From Laetmonice hystrix (taxonomy: Eukaryota): a stretch of 64,000 nucleotides of DNA. The notes beneath the pieces are model-generated. The model saw only the letters and a list, made by a program, of their open reading frames with translations, made no database searches and was not told the origin of the DNA. The position numbers and the translations under genes are program-made. Where the stretch lies: contig OZ249436.1 of the NCBI GenBank assembly GCA_965235115.1, positions 26,414,001 through 26,478,000 of the forward strand. Reading direction: 5' to 3'. Of the stretch, positions 1 to 13,662 are shown one piece after another. Every line of letters begins with the position of its first letter. Within the stretch, counting starts at the first letter, position 1.

Positions 1-56
1 GTCCAAATAGGACAGTGTTTACATACTCTAACACACATTACTCAGTCAGAATTGTT

Positions 57-878
57 TCTATACTCACAATTGGCGCACGATCAATTGCGACCGAAATGGC
101 CAAACCGGTCGTGCGATCGTCCGACAAATTTTTGAATCGCAACTGAATCGCAGTAGCTTTCACAAATGCGATCGTGTTCGTGCGTCCACATGCGACTGTT
201 GCACGACCCAGTCGCATACGCTCGTGCGATCGATCGTGCGTCCACATGCGAGTGTTGCACGATCCATTGTGAACGAGCTGACGTCACTCGTGCAACCAGT
301 GCGACCGATCGCATGCTCGTGCGACTGGTCGTGCGAGCATGCGATCGCTCGCACGTTTAGGGGAGACCTGTTGCACGAGCATGCGATCGCTCAGGCCGCC
401 ATGACGACGACTTCTCCTTTCAATGCATGCATGTATACACTCGCGCAATGGTGGCACAACGTTGCACGATGAGGTGCGACTTGTCGCACAACAGTCTCAT
501 GGTCGCAGGACACATTTTCCAGGACGCACGACTGATCGCCAGTGGTCGCTAGCACTCGTACGACTGTTGCACGACCTCCGGCCGATCATGTGCGAGCTTT
601 CAGTCGCACACGGTCGTGCGATCGATCGCACGACCGTCTGCAACGGTCGTGCGACGGTCGTGCAACGGTCGTGCAACAGACTGCGATAATTTTGGTCGCA
701 CCAAGTCGCCTCTGAATTTTTGACATGTCAAAAACCCAGCCGCGACCGGTTGCGAGCGCTTGCGACCCTGCAACGGGGGCGATCACTCGCACGACACCAT
801 GCGAGTGGTCGTGCAACGGAAGCGATTTTCCGTTGCAGGTGGTCGGGAACTGGTCGTGCAACAATTGTGAAAGGGGCT
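57..878. mobile_element. PIF/Harbinger-like non-autonomous element (MITE), left end degenerate
   Basis: The right end CAATTGTGAAAGGGGCT is followed by TTA. The left end only partly matches (TCACAATTG at ~64-72). The interior is full of GTCGTGCGA/TCGCACGAC motifs and has a central palindrome TTTTTGACATGTCAAAAA (717-734), like the other TWA-flanked MITEs in the window. Confidence 0.55.
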
Positions 879-2198
879 TTAACTACTTGACCAATGGTGA
901 GTTTAATAAAGTAGGGGCCTATAGAAACACAAAATAACGGTGTTCAGAAGGCGATGACTAGTATTGTAAGGTTGATCTTAACAATACCGTAATAAAAATA
1001 AAGTTAATGAAAATAAGCAATTCTCTTGTAAGAGCAGTGAAATATAGTGGATAACGGCACACCACCACATGCTTTTATTCGCTCACCAGTGCGAATTATT
1101 TTATAATAAAAAAATGAATTGGCTTTTTGTAATTCGTTTCCGTTCTTGCTAACCCCATGCAATTGATCGTCTGTCGTACAATTGTGACCGGTATTGAACT
1201 AATTATATGGTAAGTAGCGCTGGCGCCTATATAGGGGGCCTACGTAGTCCATGCATGCAGCCAGTCACAATGTCTGAGAGAGACGTACGGTAATAAAGTC
1301 AAGGACCAGTACGAACTATACAGAATAAAGGACGTAGGTCGTCACGGATTTCATCCGGGGGTTGGTAGTTGTGAACGTGAAGGATGACCAATGAAAACTG
1401 TTAAGTTAATATCAAGTATATCAAAGGAAGGTTTTGAAGCAAGATGTTATATATACAGTGACCGGGATAGGGGCATCCAATGCCACTTTTCAGAAATCCC
1501 CGATTCATATTGCGTACATAAAATAGTAGGCCCTACTGTAGCCAGCCCCTTGTGAAGCCTCTTTGAATGAGTCCCAACTCTCTGCCCCAGTTTCCAAGCC
1601 TGCATGGTACCCCGTATAGCCAAACACACACAGGAAGTGGCTCAATCACGTTTGAGATTTATTTGACCATTTTCGAAAGGTCCAGTTGTTAAGTCTTGTA
1701 GAACTAATTTCACGACATAGTTTACAGAATAAAACCACCCAAAAGTAGAACTAAAGTCGCGTAGACCCAACATTCCTCGTCTCTGGTCGTCTGCATCTAA
1801 TCTTCTTCTTTGAAAAAAAGATATGGCGATGAAAACTCTGAATGATTAGAATCTCAAACCTTCAAGTCATGGTCTTTATGTGTTCCACAGGATCAGAGTG
1901 CATAGCTATAAATATAACGCAGGGAGATACGCAGTATGTAAAGTTGGGTCTGGTTTGGTCAAGCTTGAAGGCACCTACGCTTGACACCATTGGAAGGCTA
2001 GCCACTTGGAACTTCATGTTTCTTTTCTGAGAAGTGTCATAGTTTCTCAGCATAAGTGCCGCCTCAGTAGTCTAATCCATATATCATAATACTTGTCTCT
2101 GGATACTGTCGTTGGAGAGGTTCTGCAGTTAATATTCAAGTGGAATTTTATTCATAATATGTTGATGAAGTTAAAGGAATGAGTCGGTCGCTGCGAAA

Positions 2199-3297
2199 GC
2201 ATTCCTGGTATCATACGACTCGGCACCGAGGGTGGCAGGCATTCCTGGTATCATACGACTCGGCACCGAGGGTGGCAGGAATTCCTGGTATCATACGACT
2301 CGGCACCGGGGGGGCAGGCATTCCTGGTATGATACGACTCGGCACCGAGGGTGGCAGGCATTCCTGGTATCATACGACTCGGCACCGAGGGTGGCAGGCA
2401 TTCCTGGTATGATACGACTCGGCACCGAGGGTGGCAGGCATTCCTGGTATCATACGACTCGGCACCGAGGGTGGCAGGCATTCCTGGTATGATACGACTC
2501 GGCACCGAGGGTGGCAGGCATTCCTGGTATCATACGACTCGGCACCGAGGGTGGCAGGCATTCCTGGTATCATACGACTCGGCACCGGGGGGGGGGCAGG
2601 CATTCCTGGTATCATACGACTCGGCACCGAGGGTGGCAGGCATTCCTGGTATCATACGACTCGGCACCGAGGGTGGCAGGCATTCCTGGTATCATACGAC
2701 TCGGCACCGAGGGTGGCAGGCATTCCTAGTATCATACGACTCGGCACCGAGGGTGGCAGGCATTCCTGGTATCATACGACTCGGCACCGAGGGTGGCAGG
2801 CATTCCTGGTATCATACGACTCGGCACCGGGGGGGCAGGCATTCCTGGTATCATACGACTCGGCACCGAGGGTGGCAGGCATTCCTGGTATCATACGACT
2901 CGGCACCGAGGGTGGCAGGCATTCCTGGTATCATACGACTCGGCACCGAGGGTGGCAGGCATTCCTGGTATCATACGACTCGGCACCGGGGGGGGCAGGC
3001 ATTCCTGGTATCATACGACTCGGCACCGAGGGTGGCAGGCATTCCTGGTATCATACGACTCGGCACCGAGGGTGGCAGGCATTCCTGGTATCATACGACT
3101 CGGCACCGAGGGTGGCAGGCATTCCTGGTATGATACGACTCGGCACCGAGGGTGGCAGGCATTCCTGGTATCATACGACTCGGCACCGAGGGTGGCAGGC
3201 ATTCCTGGTATGATACGACTCGGCACCGAGGGTGGCAGGCATTCCTGGTATGATACGACTCGGCACCGAGGGTGGCAGGCATTCCTGGTATCATACG
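2199..3297. repeat. 40-bp minisatellite, ~27 copies
   Basis: The unit GCATTCCTGGTATCATACGACTCGGCACCGAGGGTGGCAG repeats head-to-tail, with a few variants (TATGATAC; poly-G replacing GAGGGT). Confidence 0.97.
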
Positions 3298-3708
3298 GAA
3301 GCGCAAAAAGGAAGCGCATATAATCGGTACCCTGACACCCAAACATGGTAGTAAACAAGATATTGTTTAACACGATATGAAACCTAAATCACCCCATTTA
3401 GCTGATTATTTCTAGCTTAGAGCTGTTTTTTTCGTGCATGAACGCACATGGGTTTACCTTTATACGGGTTGAGCTTATTACAACATGAAATATGCAGTCC
3501 AAGTCACTGGGTGGGCGAATGATTGTTTGCGTTAGAACCTTGACACACTGTTTAAAATAAATTATAAATTCAACCCAGTTGTGATAATGATGCAGATATT
3601 AGACAGTAAACTCTGTGACACGATATGGCGGCCGTACTTGATGTACTTGATCATAGCAAAATTGCGGAATAAAGTATTTTCAGTCAAATATATTCTCACT
3701 CCACTTAA

Positions 3709-4238
3709 AGGGGCATATTATGAGGAAACGTGAAAAATCGGTATTTCAAAGAACTTTTGCTGTTTTCATAAAGAGATCCTTCATTAATATTGCTTGGTAA
3801 ACAAAGACAGACTTATCAGTTTCATTTTGTGTGAGAAATCGAAGTTTATGAAGCTCCCTTGCCCGCTTTTCTGCCGATTTCGTAAAATATTTTTTGGGTG
3901 GCATTCTGATACCGGACGATCGAGTGCAACTGCTGAATTGTTTACAACTAAGCGAAGCACGTGACTAATCACATGCAGAGAGTGCACACGCAGGATGTGA
4001 CACAGTATGCAATTACACGGGTTGATGGGAGGTTGTCTATAGCAAATTATGGCGGGAGATGTGCTATCGGGAGAAATCTATAGGTTTGGTCGTATAGAAA
4101 TTACTTGTGCTGCATACGCAGCGAAAATACGTCGGAGGACAAAATGCTGTGGTAGGATTATTTACTTGGATCCCTAGTACACGGTCATGTTGGATAATTG
4201 CCGGAAATCCTCCAAAACGTGTTTCATAGCATGCCCCT
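3709..4238. mobile_element. Kolobok-like MITE (TTAA TSD)
   Basis: TTAA|AGGGGCATATTATGA ... TCATAGCATGCCCCT|TTAA; 13/15 TIR match; AG..CT termini with a TTAA duplication. Confidence 0.75.
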
Positions 4239-4395
4239 TTAATCCAATGTCACAAACGGGCCACCGTATGGGATAAAGGTTGTCTTGTCAGATTGTTCCA
4301 GTTTGTTCTTGTATCATGGCCGCCCCTCTTTAGTATTTTCCTTCAGTTATTTGCTATGCGACTACCTTGACCATGACTGTCTGCATCACACATGT

Positions 4396-5155
4396 GCACG
4401 GTCGTGTCTGGCCTGGTTACAATAACGGAGTTACTGAGCTCGTTACCGGTTACCTGCACGGTCGTGTCTGGCCTGGTTACCAAGGCCGTAGTCTGGCCCA
4501 AATACGCAGGGAGCAGTGCCTCCTGAGCAAGTTCCAGATGTCAATGTTGGGGATCCAGGCCCAATAATAATTTTTTAAACCATGAAAATCCCAGGGGCAG
4601 TTGCCCCCTTGCCCCTGTAGGCTACGGCCCTGGTTACGATAACTGAGCTGGTTACTCGTTATACTGCACGGTCGTGTCTGGCATGGTTACAATAACTGAG
4701 TTGGTTACTGCACGGTCATGTCTGGCCTGGTTACGATAACTGAGTTACTGAACTCATTACTGGTTAACTACACGATCGTAACTGTCCTGGTTACGATAAC
4801 TCAGTTACTGAACTCGTTACTGTTAACTACACGGTCGTAACTGTCCTGGTTACGATAACTCAGTTACTGAACTCGTTACTGTTAACTACACGGTCGTAAC
4901 TGTCCTGGTTACGATAACTGAGTTACTGAACTCGTTACTGGTTAACTACACGATCGTAACTGTCCTGGTTACGATAACTGAGTTACTGAACTCGTTACTG
5001 GTTAACTACACGATCGTAACTGTCCTGGTTACGATAACTCAGTTACTGAACTCGTTACTGTTAACTACACGGTCGTAACTGTCCTGGTTACGATAACTCA
5101 GTTACTGAACTCGTTACTGTTAACTATACGGTCGTATCTAGCCTGGTTACGATAA
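4396..5155. repeat. ~59-60-bp tandem repeat, degenerate on the left, interrupted by a MITE
   Basis: Unit ~GTTACGATAACTGAGTTACTGAACTCGTTACTGGTTAACTACACGATCGTAACTGTCCTG, clearest at 4730-5155. Confidence 0.85.
4481..4632. mobile_element. Short CA(A/G)GG..CCCTG MITE with 5-bp TSD
   Basis: GTTAC|CAAGGCCGTAG ... CTACGGCCCTG|GTTAC, inserted into a tandem-repeat unit. Confidence 0.75.
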
Positions 5156-5578
5156 CGTACTGAGCTGATTTCTCAAAAATTCCCAAACACGTTTCACCCA
5201 GCGCATTCATCATACAGAACAGTCAGATGGAGGAATTTTACCTCTCTTGTATTAAAGCAAACTATGAGCCTTTCCCTTGGAGTGACCGTGACGTTAGTCC
5301 GGCAGTAAGTATACACGCAGCAACAAATATTATTCAAGATATGACAAGTTTGAGAAGGACCAGACAGCACGTTGGTTTTAATGTATAATGATCACACAGT
5401 ACATAATGTCGTGAACGACATCCAATTGCTTGGATATCACAAATCTTGTTGCTAGCCATTTTAAGTGTTCCCTGCATGCTTAAATGGAATGTGCATTCCT
5501 TTAAAAACTTATGTTTATCCAGGTCAAGTAAGAGTCGGACTAAAGAAAATTGGCCATTCTTCTGTCTACAGAAAGTAC

Positions 5579-6443
5579 ATGTGAACCCCTGGCAGTACCA
5601 CGTTGATATATTGAAGCATACAACATGTAATTCTCCATAATAATCATGTGGAAACGGACAGACGTTAAGCCTCATCGCCACGGACCGGGAAACTGTTATT
5701 AACAACCTCATTTAGTTTGACTCTGTTTCATCTAGCTGAGAGACTATATCAGTCACTGCGCAGTCTGACTTGATAATAATTCACGGAAACTGGTGTTACT
5801 TGGCCTGAATCGTGTTATTATTGTGACTAACCTACTTGGCGCCTGATTTCATGGGCACTATAACACAATACAGCTTTTACTGTAGAGTCTAGACCATGAC
5901 TCGCAGTGTTGCTAAAGTTTTATGCTGACATACGCATAAAGGGATGAGCAGGAAATATGGCGCTACGACTGGCCGAACCCCCAACAGATTATGAGTGCTC
6001 ACGGCCAACAATTAAATAATCAACACATGATGCAATAAATGTGAACCCCTGGCAGTACCACTGACAGACGTTAAGCCTCATCGCCACGGACCGGGAAACT
6101 GTTATTAACAACCTCATTTAGTTTGACTCTGTTTCATCTAGCTGAGAGACTATATCAGTCACTGCGCAGTCTGACTTGATAATAATTCACGGAAACTGGT
6201 GTTACTTGGCCTGAATCGTGTTATTATTGTGACTAACCTACTTGGCGCCTGATTTCATGGGCACTATAACACAATACAGCTTTTACTGTAGAGTCTAGAC
6301 CATGACTCGCAGTGTTGCTAAAGTTTTATGCTGACATACGCATAAAGGGATGAGCAGGAAATATGGCGCTACGACTGGCCGAACCCCCAACAAATTATGA
6401 GTGCTCACGGCCAACAATTAAATAATCAACACATGATGCAATA
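5579..6443. repeat. Local tandem duplication (381-bp copies at 5657-6037 and 6063-6443)
   Basis: The two copies are identical except for one visible substitution (CAACAGATT vs CAACAAATT). The junction 6039-6061 repeats 5579-5601. Confidence 0.92.
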
Positions 6444-8338
6444 TATTTACGCAGTTTGGTAAGAATATGTACAACATGATTCGTTCTCCCAAAACCTTTG
6501 GTGTACGCCGTTGGGTTGACGCTAAAATGTAATAGCAGAGATCGTGCCAGCCAACGGTATCGTCGTCATATAGGAAATTCAATGTGTGCAAAGATTTAGC
6601 TTTACATTTAGGAACGTTCTTCGGCAAAAGCTGTAGTGAAATGGGTTCTTTTTAATTTACACGTATGTGGACCTTAAAACATATAAGACAAAACGTTTGT
6701 AAAGATACATTTGCTTTCGTGTAACTGAAGGAATACTATGAATATGAAAAGTGTTCATATAAGTATGGAAGCCACGTTTTATATCAGTCTATTATCATAG
6801 TATGTTTAATAAAATTCATCTACTGGAAACGGTGCTTTATTTCTTGGCCTGTCCTATATAAATATCTAAAGGCATAGACATACAGACCATTTTCTCCTTC
6901 AAAAACCGTGTTGACGTATTTCAAAACGGACAATTTATATTTGAATAACATTGAATACAATGAAGCAAATGTATATTTATGATGGAGCCATTAAAGGAAG
7001 CATAGCTGATCTTCTCCCCTCTGTATATAGCATCACACCGCAAAAACTACAGGCGATACTCTCGTCATATCCAAATTCTCATAAAGCAATGATTAATTTA
7101 TTCCATTTATCTTATAATTCGATTATTTGTAATAACGCACGTATACACATTGATCACCTATAGATGTTCTATTATAAGGAGAGATTGTAACTTGAACCTC
7201 AGACCCATATCACTAATAGTTATATTGAATATAATCACGATGGTAAGCCTCCTTATGTCTATCACATTAGTTTGTCTCGATGCTTTACAGGAACTGCGCC
7301 CCAGAAAATTAATACATTCTTTGCGGTTGTGTATTCATTAGCTATTGTCAGTGAAAGTGAATGGACGATATATTTTGTACCCACAATTTGATTCATTTGA
7401 CCCTGCGTTGTTCCAAATAAACTTAAAATATCTAATTATCCAGACACAACCCAGCCGTTGTTAATGTTCTCACCACCTGGATTAGGGGCGGTAGGGGCAG
7501 GAATATCTGGGGTATGAAGATTTCTTTGCACATTTTCAGATCCAACCCCTTTTTTCAATCATCCTGTAAGCCAGAAGATGTTTTTAACCATCGAGAGATA
7601 GATCCTGAGCGAGTTAACTTCAGGACTTCAAAAAACCCACAATGCTTTCTCCACTGGATAGGGCACATAGTTACACAACATTCAAATTACACACCTCCAT
7701 ATCCACATTCGAAACACGCGGTGTTCAAACGGTTTCTATATTATGAACATATGGATATCAATAACTATCGTCAAAAACTGAAGACTTTGTGACATTTCTT
7801 TGTCAGTTTCTATGGTAGAGATGACGTTGATGACCTTACAGTATTAGAAAGGAACTCCGTTTTTAATTTGCGGTAGCCAGATAGCCATGGGGTTTCAGTA
7901 ATAATTCATAAATATGTATTAATACTTTTCCTTCATTCCTAAGGTAGTAAAGCTTTGTCGGGCATTAAGCAAAAGATTTTTTAAACATACAATATGGCAA
8001 CAAGTATGAAATGAAAGGTGAAGAATTTCGAGGTGACAATCCTCCTGAAGCCCATTGTACAGTGTGAGACTGATTAGTATTTTCGTAATGATTCGTAATT
8101 CTGTTGCACGTACATAGAAAACGTAACACACCGTTTGCAACAATGATCCTTAAGTTACTAAAATTATCCGAGGGAATCTTGCAGACAGCAACAACATATT
8201 TAAGCAAACAACACTGACCACTTATTCTATAGATACATGGCCGGAGTTAACACTTCATGGTCAGCACGCACAGATGTCAGTTTACACTTTTGTCACAGGA
8301 ACCTGTTACTTACAACCGACCGAGACCACAGGTTTTTT

Positions 8339-8453
8339 TACGGAGGCCCGTTGATGCCACAATGTGAAATATTTCATATAGCGGCCGCCAGACAATTATG
8401 TTGCGGCCGCCAGATAAAATATATCGACACTATGGCACTAACGGGCTTCCGTA
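8339..8453. mobile_element. Short TACGG..CCGTA MITE (same family as 57192-57563)
   Basis: TACGGAGGCCCGTTGATGCCACAATGTG ... TATGGCACTAACGGGCTTCCGTA, with internal GCGGCCGC repeats; flanks GTTTTT(T)/GTTTTT. Confidence 0.7.
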
Positions 8454-8736
8454 GTTTTTCGATACCGGTGTCAGAATAAACTTTGTTATACATGTATAGG
8501 CCTACATGGCAGGCTTTAGGTATTATGCAAGAGTGCAGGGCCCGGAAAATGGTTGAAACACCAAAAATGACGAGTTTGTTCAATAGAATCACCTTTGACT
8601 CATAAATCCCTATCAAATATGTTGTTTCCTGAAGACATTGGGCCCCTTAATAAAATTTTACGTTGGCGAGTAAAGTTCGGCGACTACACTGCCGGAAGTG
8701 TACAGTTCGGCGACAGGAAGTCACGTGATTTCCATG

Positions 8737-8793
8737 TCATGGAATCAGGCATTCTGGAACCAGACACCGGAACTTGGCACCCTTCTCTTCGAC
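8737..8793 (-). CDS. IGFBP-domain secreted protein, exon 4 (terminal coding exon: VEEKGAKFRCLVPECLIP*)
   Basis: Acceptor ATTTTATTTACAG| is phase 0, matching the exon 3 donor; 18 codons plus TGA; supplies the last two Cys. Confidence 0.8.
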   Translation of the reverse strand, partial: VEEKGAKFRCLVPECLIP

Positions 8794-11700
8794 CTGTAAA
8801 TAAAATACAAACGTTATGGCCAGTCTTATGTGCAAAAAAGGGGGGGGGGGGGTTCATGTGTAGGGCCTGGTGTATTATGTCATTAATTCCATACGTTTCC
8901 AGCAGGAGAACGACAATAGGTGGCCTACTATAGTGACGATATCTTCTCTCGGCTATACGTAACTGTAATCGTCTACTTCCGTCAAACCGGGAGTTCGCCA
9001 ACTATTTGTACGTTTTCGGTAGTAGGCCCCTACTATACTATAGTGGCGGATACCCATCATTTAAATGATCTAAGTACGCCTATTTCTGCAGCTGTTTGTG
9101 CAAAGGCCAACTCATATTGGTCCAATCTTCAACCTCATGGAACTATCTTACGTCTAATGGGAAAATGGGTCAGGCCATACAATAATGCGGTGATCTGTAA
9201 GAGGCACACGATGTAGGTCTATATCCATCAATCAACCCGAATACAACCGGTGCCTCTATATCGTAGCTCAGATGTTTGGAAATGGCCATAAATCTGTGGA
9301 AAAAGGAGTCTTTTGGCAAGAACACAGAACTATACACATGTTAATATACGTAGGTACCAAATCGGACCGAATTGAAAGTTTGGGATCAATCACATAAAGA
9401 CATTTAATTGTGGTAATATTTATTAATGCAGGCCTATTGGTTACCAGTAAAATTCTACCTGTATTTTTTTAGTTTCATTCGATGTGCTGTAGTATTCAAC
9501 AACTGAGATTAAACAATCATGTCAATCAAATTTACACAGATTATAGTAAGTCTCATAGCACCCTTTTATAGGTTCACCATGTTTTCGCCGTGACAATGGC
9601 CTTATGTACAATTTACATGCACAATTTCACTTATTTAAGTATCTTCTAAGGCTTCTCAATGTAAATATACGTTTACTCAAGGACTATTTATATGCATGCA
9701 TGCAAATCTGTTCACATGAAAAGTATAAAGTCAATCACTGCAGTATGCTTCCAGACAAGTGCGGACTCCCTTTATTCGGAGTTTCACGGTTATACTCCAA
9801 CAACCTTGGAGGTAAAGGAATCACAACTTTACGAGATAGCATCTCTATAGTCCGATAAGCACTATAAACATTACAATAAGGCCGTTTTCATACTCTGGTG
9901 GAATGTCTGGGCCGATGACCGCACACGTCGTCATGCGCAATAAAAATATTAATGTTCTATAAAAGGTATGATGTGGAATCGAGCACTTCAAAAACCCGGA
10001 GGTCAAATACACTCTCTTTTCCATAATGTTTTTAAAAAATCCAATAAAAAAATAGGAACCCCCGAAAGCTCCTATATATACTTCAAAGCGTACATAGCGG
10101 ATCCATCAGTCATGACGTTAACGAGGCGTTGCGGCTCTGCCCGTCTCAACGAGGGGGTTCAGTGATCACATCAGGTTTGAAGGGAGCCCGCCTTCAGTTC
10201 GCCATGACAAGGCAAACATGACAGCCAGCCAGGGCACACCTTGGATTTATTGGACAAGGACAGACATTAATTTATGGAATCACTAGGCGTTCACGCACTA
10301 AATTACGTGTCTCAAAGACCTTTAATTTTATCTTAGAGCATCTTATGCATTTTGCCACCACCATGATTCTCCAATAGGCCTATAAGGACAGGCCAAACAA
10401 CAGTACGTTTCAAAGTTACAATCTCTTTTCTATCACCTTTCTCGCGGGAGGTCTGAATCCATATTACCACATGGAATGGAATGCTAATTTCGAAGGAATC
10501 GGGAGTGTACGTTTGTGTGATCAAAAGCTGCCAGCATCACCCATGTGGTACAGGAGATAAGCAAAGATGCCAGGCCCTGACCCATAATGATCAGGGAGAC
10601 ACTCAACCCCCCCCCCCCCTCTCCCTTCAACCAAAGTGTTACAACAGAAGTCGCGTGCCCTGACACATACACATCCGTTGGTGACGGCAGTCCTTAGCTG
10701 CCCCACCCCCACAGAGATAACTCGATGTAAAGTTTTACCTGCGGGCATGCGCACCGATTGAAGTAGAAAGACTGCTGTCTCGAATAGCATGGTGTGTATA
10801 TACCTTATAATAGAGGGTGGGGGAGGACTTTCTTTTGCAGCGCATATCACTGACGACAACTGCCTTTTCAAATATAGACATAACCCAGATGAACTTGGCC
10901 ATTCACAGCCCACTTGATGAACGGTTCGAGTTGGACTCACCGCCTCAGAAGTTTGCGTTCGACATGTAGTTAAACTAACTCGTGAACATCACTTGGGTAC
11001 ACGATCCCATACCACGTTCCGAACATCGAAAATGAAAAGAATTCGCAACATTTAAGAGTACGTGATCTTGACTCGGTCATAAGGGAAAGGCCCCTTCCTA
11101 CATTAAATGATCATAAAAAGGTTCGGACAATATAATTTGTGTTGCTATATTCATCTCATGAGGATATACAATTTGTATGGGACATGGGCGATACTGGCAT
11201 TTAATGGGATTGACACTTTAACACTACCGACTAGTTTGGTAATACCTGTATGTCTTTTTGATTATCCATTTATGATAGAAAAAATAATTTTGACAAAATT
11301 CGATTAAAATTAATATTCCTGCATTCCCAGGACTACATTTTGTTATGCCCAGACTCTGTAAGTTTTCCTTACACTGGGCGATCATCAAGTCGATGGCCAA
11401 GTCATCAGTAATGTGGCCAGTTGCCGAGCACGACCACACCGTACGAGAAGGTGTACAAAATGTAGTCGACTTTGTGAAGCGATCCGATTTCTGCACACAG
11501 GCAGTTACGGACGTATACGTCATCGGACAGTTCGCGACGAGGGTATAATTGGGCATGTTGACATTTCCAAAGACCCACCGGAGAGGCCTGAAATTGTTCC
11601 TTTCGGGTGCAGGCGAAAAGAAACCGACAAGATGCAGAAGCGTTTTCTTTGAGCGGTTTCGGTTAAAAATCGCCGGCGTAGTCAGTGTTTAATGGGCATG

Positions 11701-11906
11701 TATTAAATGGGCGTCAACATTATCAGGCTTTCATTGTGGCCTCTTGTGGGGTGGTGATGCTTGGCTAACCCCCTATAGCGCTCCTGGTGGGAAGATTAGG
11801 GCCGGGCAGCCTTTGAGGTTAGCCGACGGAGTTGGCCGTTTGTCAACTTCGCCATGTGCTTTAGAAAGCTAATGGGTTAATCATGTGTGCATTGGGATTC
11901 AAGAGC

Positions 11907-13140
11907 GTAAGACTTCATTCTGAACTGGCCATCGTGTCTCCCTGTGAGTAAGACTTCATTCTGAACTGGCCATCGTGTCTCCCTGTGAGTAAGACTTCAT
12001 TCTGAACTGGCCATCGTGTCTCCCTGTGAGTAAGACTTCATTCTGAACTGGCCATCGTGTCTCCCTGTGAGTAAGACTTCATTCTGAACTGGCCATCGTG
12101 TCTCCCTGTGAGTAAGACTTCATTCTGAACTGGCCATCGTGTCTCCCTGTGAGTAAGACTTCATTCTGAACTGGCCATCGTGTCTCCCTGTGAGTAAGAC
12201 TTCATTCTGAACTGGCCATCGTGTCTCCCTGTGAGTAAGACTTCATTCTGAACTGGCCATCGTGTCTCCCTGTGAGTAAGACTTCATTCTGAACTGGCCA
12301 TCGTGTCTCCCTGTGAGTAAGACTTCATTCTGAACTGGCCATCGTGTCTCCCTGTGAGTAAGACTTCATTCTGAACTGGCCATCGTGTCTCCCTGTGAGT
12401 AAGACTTCATTCTGAACTGGCCATCGTGTCTCCCTGTGAGTAAGACTTCATTCTGAACTGGCCATCGTGTCTCCCTGTGAGTAAGACTTCATTCTGAACT
12501 GGCCATCGTGTCTCCCTGTGAGTAAGACTTCATTCTGAACTGGCCATCGTGTCTCCCTGTGAGTAAGACTTCATTCTGAACTGGCCATCGTGTCTCCCTG
12601 TGAGTAAGACTTCATTCTGAACTGGCCATCGTGTCTCCCTGTGAGTAAGACTTCATTCTGAACTGGCCATCGTGTCTCCCTGTGAGTAAGACTTCATTCT
12701 GAACTGGCCATCGTGTCTCCCTGTGAGTAAGACTTCATTCTGAACTGGCCATCGTGTCTCCCTGTGAGTAAGACTTCATTCTGAACTGGCCATCGTGTCT
12801 CCCTGTGAGTAAGACTTCATTCTGAACTGGCCATCGTGTCTCCCTGTGAGTAAGACTTCATTCTGAACTGGCCATCGTGTCTCCCTGTGAGTAAGACTTC
12901 ATTCTGAACTGGCCATCGTGTCTCCCTGTGAGTAAGACTTCATTCTGAACTGGCCATCGTGTCTCCCTGTGAGTAAGACTTCATTCTGAACTGGCCATCG
13001 TGTCTCCCTGTGAGTAAGACTTCATTCTGAACTGGCCATCGTGTCTCCCTGTGAGTAAGACTTCATTCTGAACTGGCCATCGTGTCTCCCTGTGAGTAAG
13101 ACTTCATTCTGAACTGGTCATCGTGTCTCCCTGTGAGTAA
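11907..13140. repeat. 41-bp minisatellite, ~30 near-identical copies
   Basis: Unit GTAAGACTTCATTCTGAACTGGCCATCGTGTCTCCCTGTGA; the only variant seen is in the last copy (GGTCA). Confidence 0.97.
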
Positions 13141-13464
13141 AACTGTGTGTAACCAGCAGACGGTTTGCTCTTCTTATCTACCTGTGGCTTCGCTGTCTTC
13201 TGTTTATAATAAGAACACACGGGCAATGGTCGATACATCCTTACGCGTATGGTATTTTATTTCCCTGTTATTGTCATTCCCCGATTGTATTGAACTCTTA
13301 ACTTTACGCCAACTTCATGAAAAGGACGTAAAGAGAGCACCTATACTCTCCGAGGAGCAGGAACTGGCGTTGCTAATTCTGTTCGTGAAATTCCCTGGGC
13401 GTGGAGACAATTTAAAGCTTTTGTCACATTCTTATCATGTTTTACTTCTGGTTCCCACAGTGTT

Positions 13465-13662
13465 CTCTAGCCTGGTTTCCTTCAGTGTAATAATTTCTCT
13501 AGCCTGGTTTCCTTCAGTGTAGGCCTAATAATTCCTCTAGCCTGGTTTCCTTTAGTGTAATAATTTCTATAGCCTTGTTTCCTTCATTGTAATAATTTCT
13601 ATAGCCTTGTTTCCTTCAGTGTAATAATTTTTATAGCCTAGTTTCCTTCAGTGTGATAATTT
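13465..13662. repeat. ~33-bp degenerate tandem repeat, ~6 copies
   Basis: Unit ~CTCTAGCCTGGTTTCCTTCAGTGTAATAATTT. Confidence 0.85.

Noticed and set aside
2179..3373. 260-aa repetitive ORFs and a CRISPR-like look
   Set aside because: A pure 40-bp tandem repeat with no unique spacers and no cas genes, in a eukaryotic context.
2175..5500. Large Kolobok-like element TTAA|AGGAATG ... CATTCCT|TTAA enclosing the 40-bp array
   Set aside because: Only 7 bp of TIR beyond TTAA; this could be chance.
6880..8200. Decayed coding-like sequence on the minus strand
   Set aside because: Many stops in the frames I read and no identifiable motif; a translated search is needed.
11373..11590. Cys/Thr-rich minus-strand frame as an extra exon of the IGFBP gene
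   Set aside because: Exons 3 and 4 already join in phase and give an even Cys count; no recognisable motif.
11907..13140. CRISPR array candidate (41-bp repeats)
   Set aside because: The units are contiguous and identical, with no spacers.
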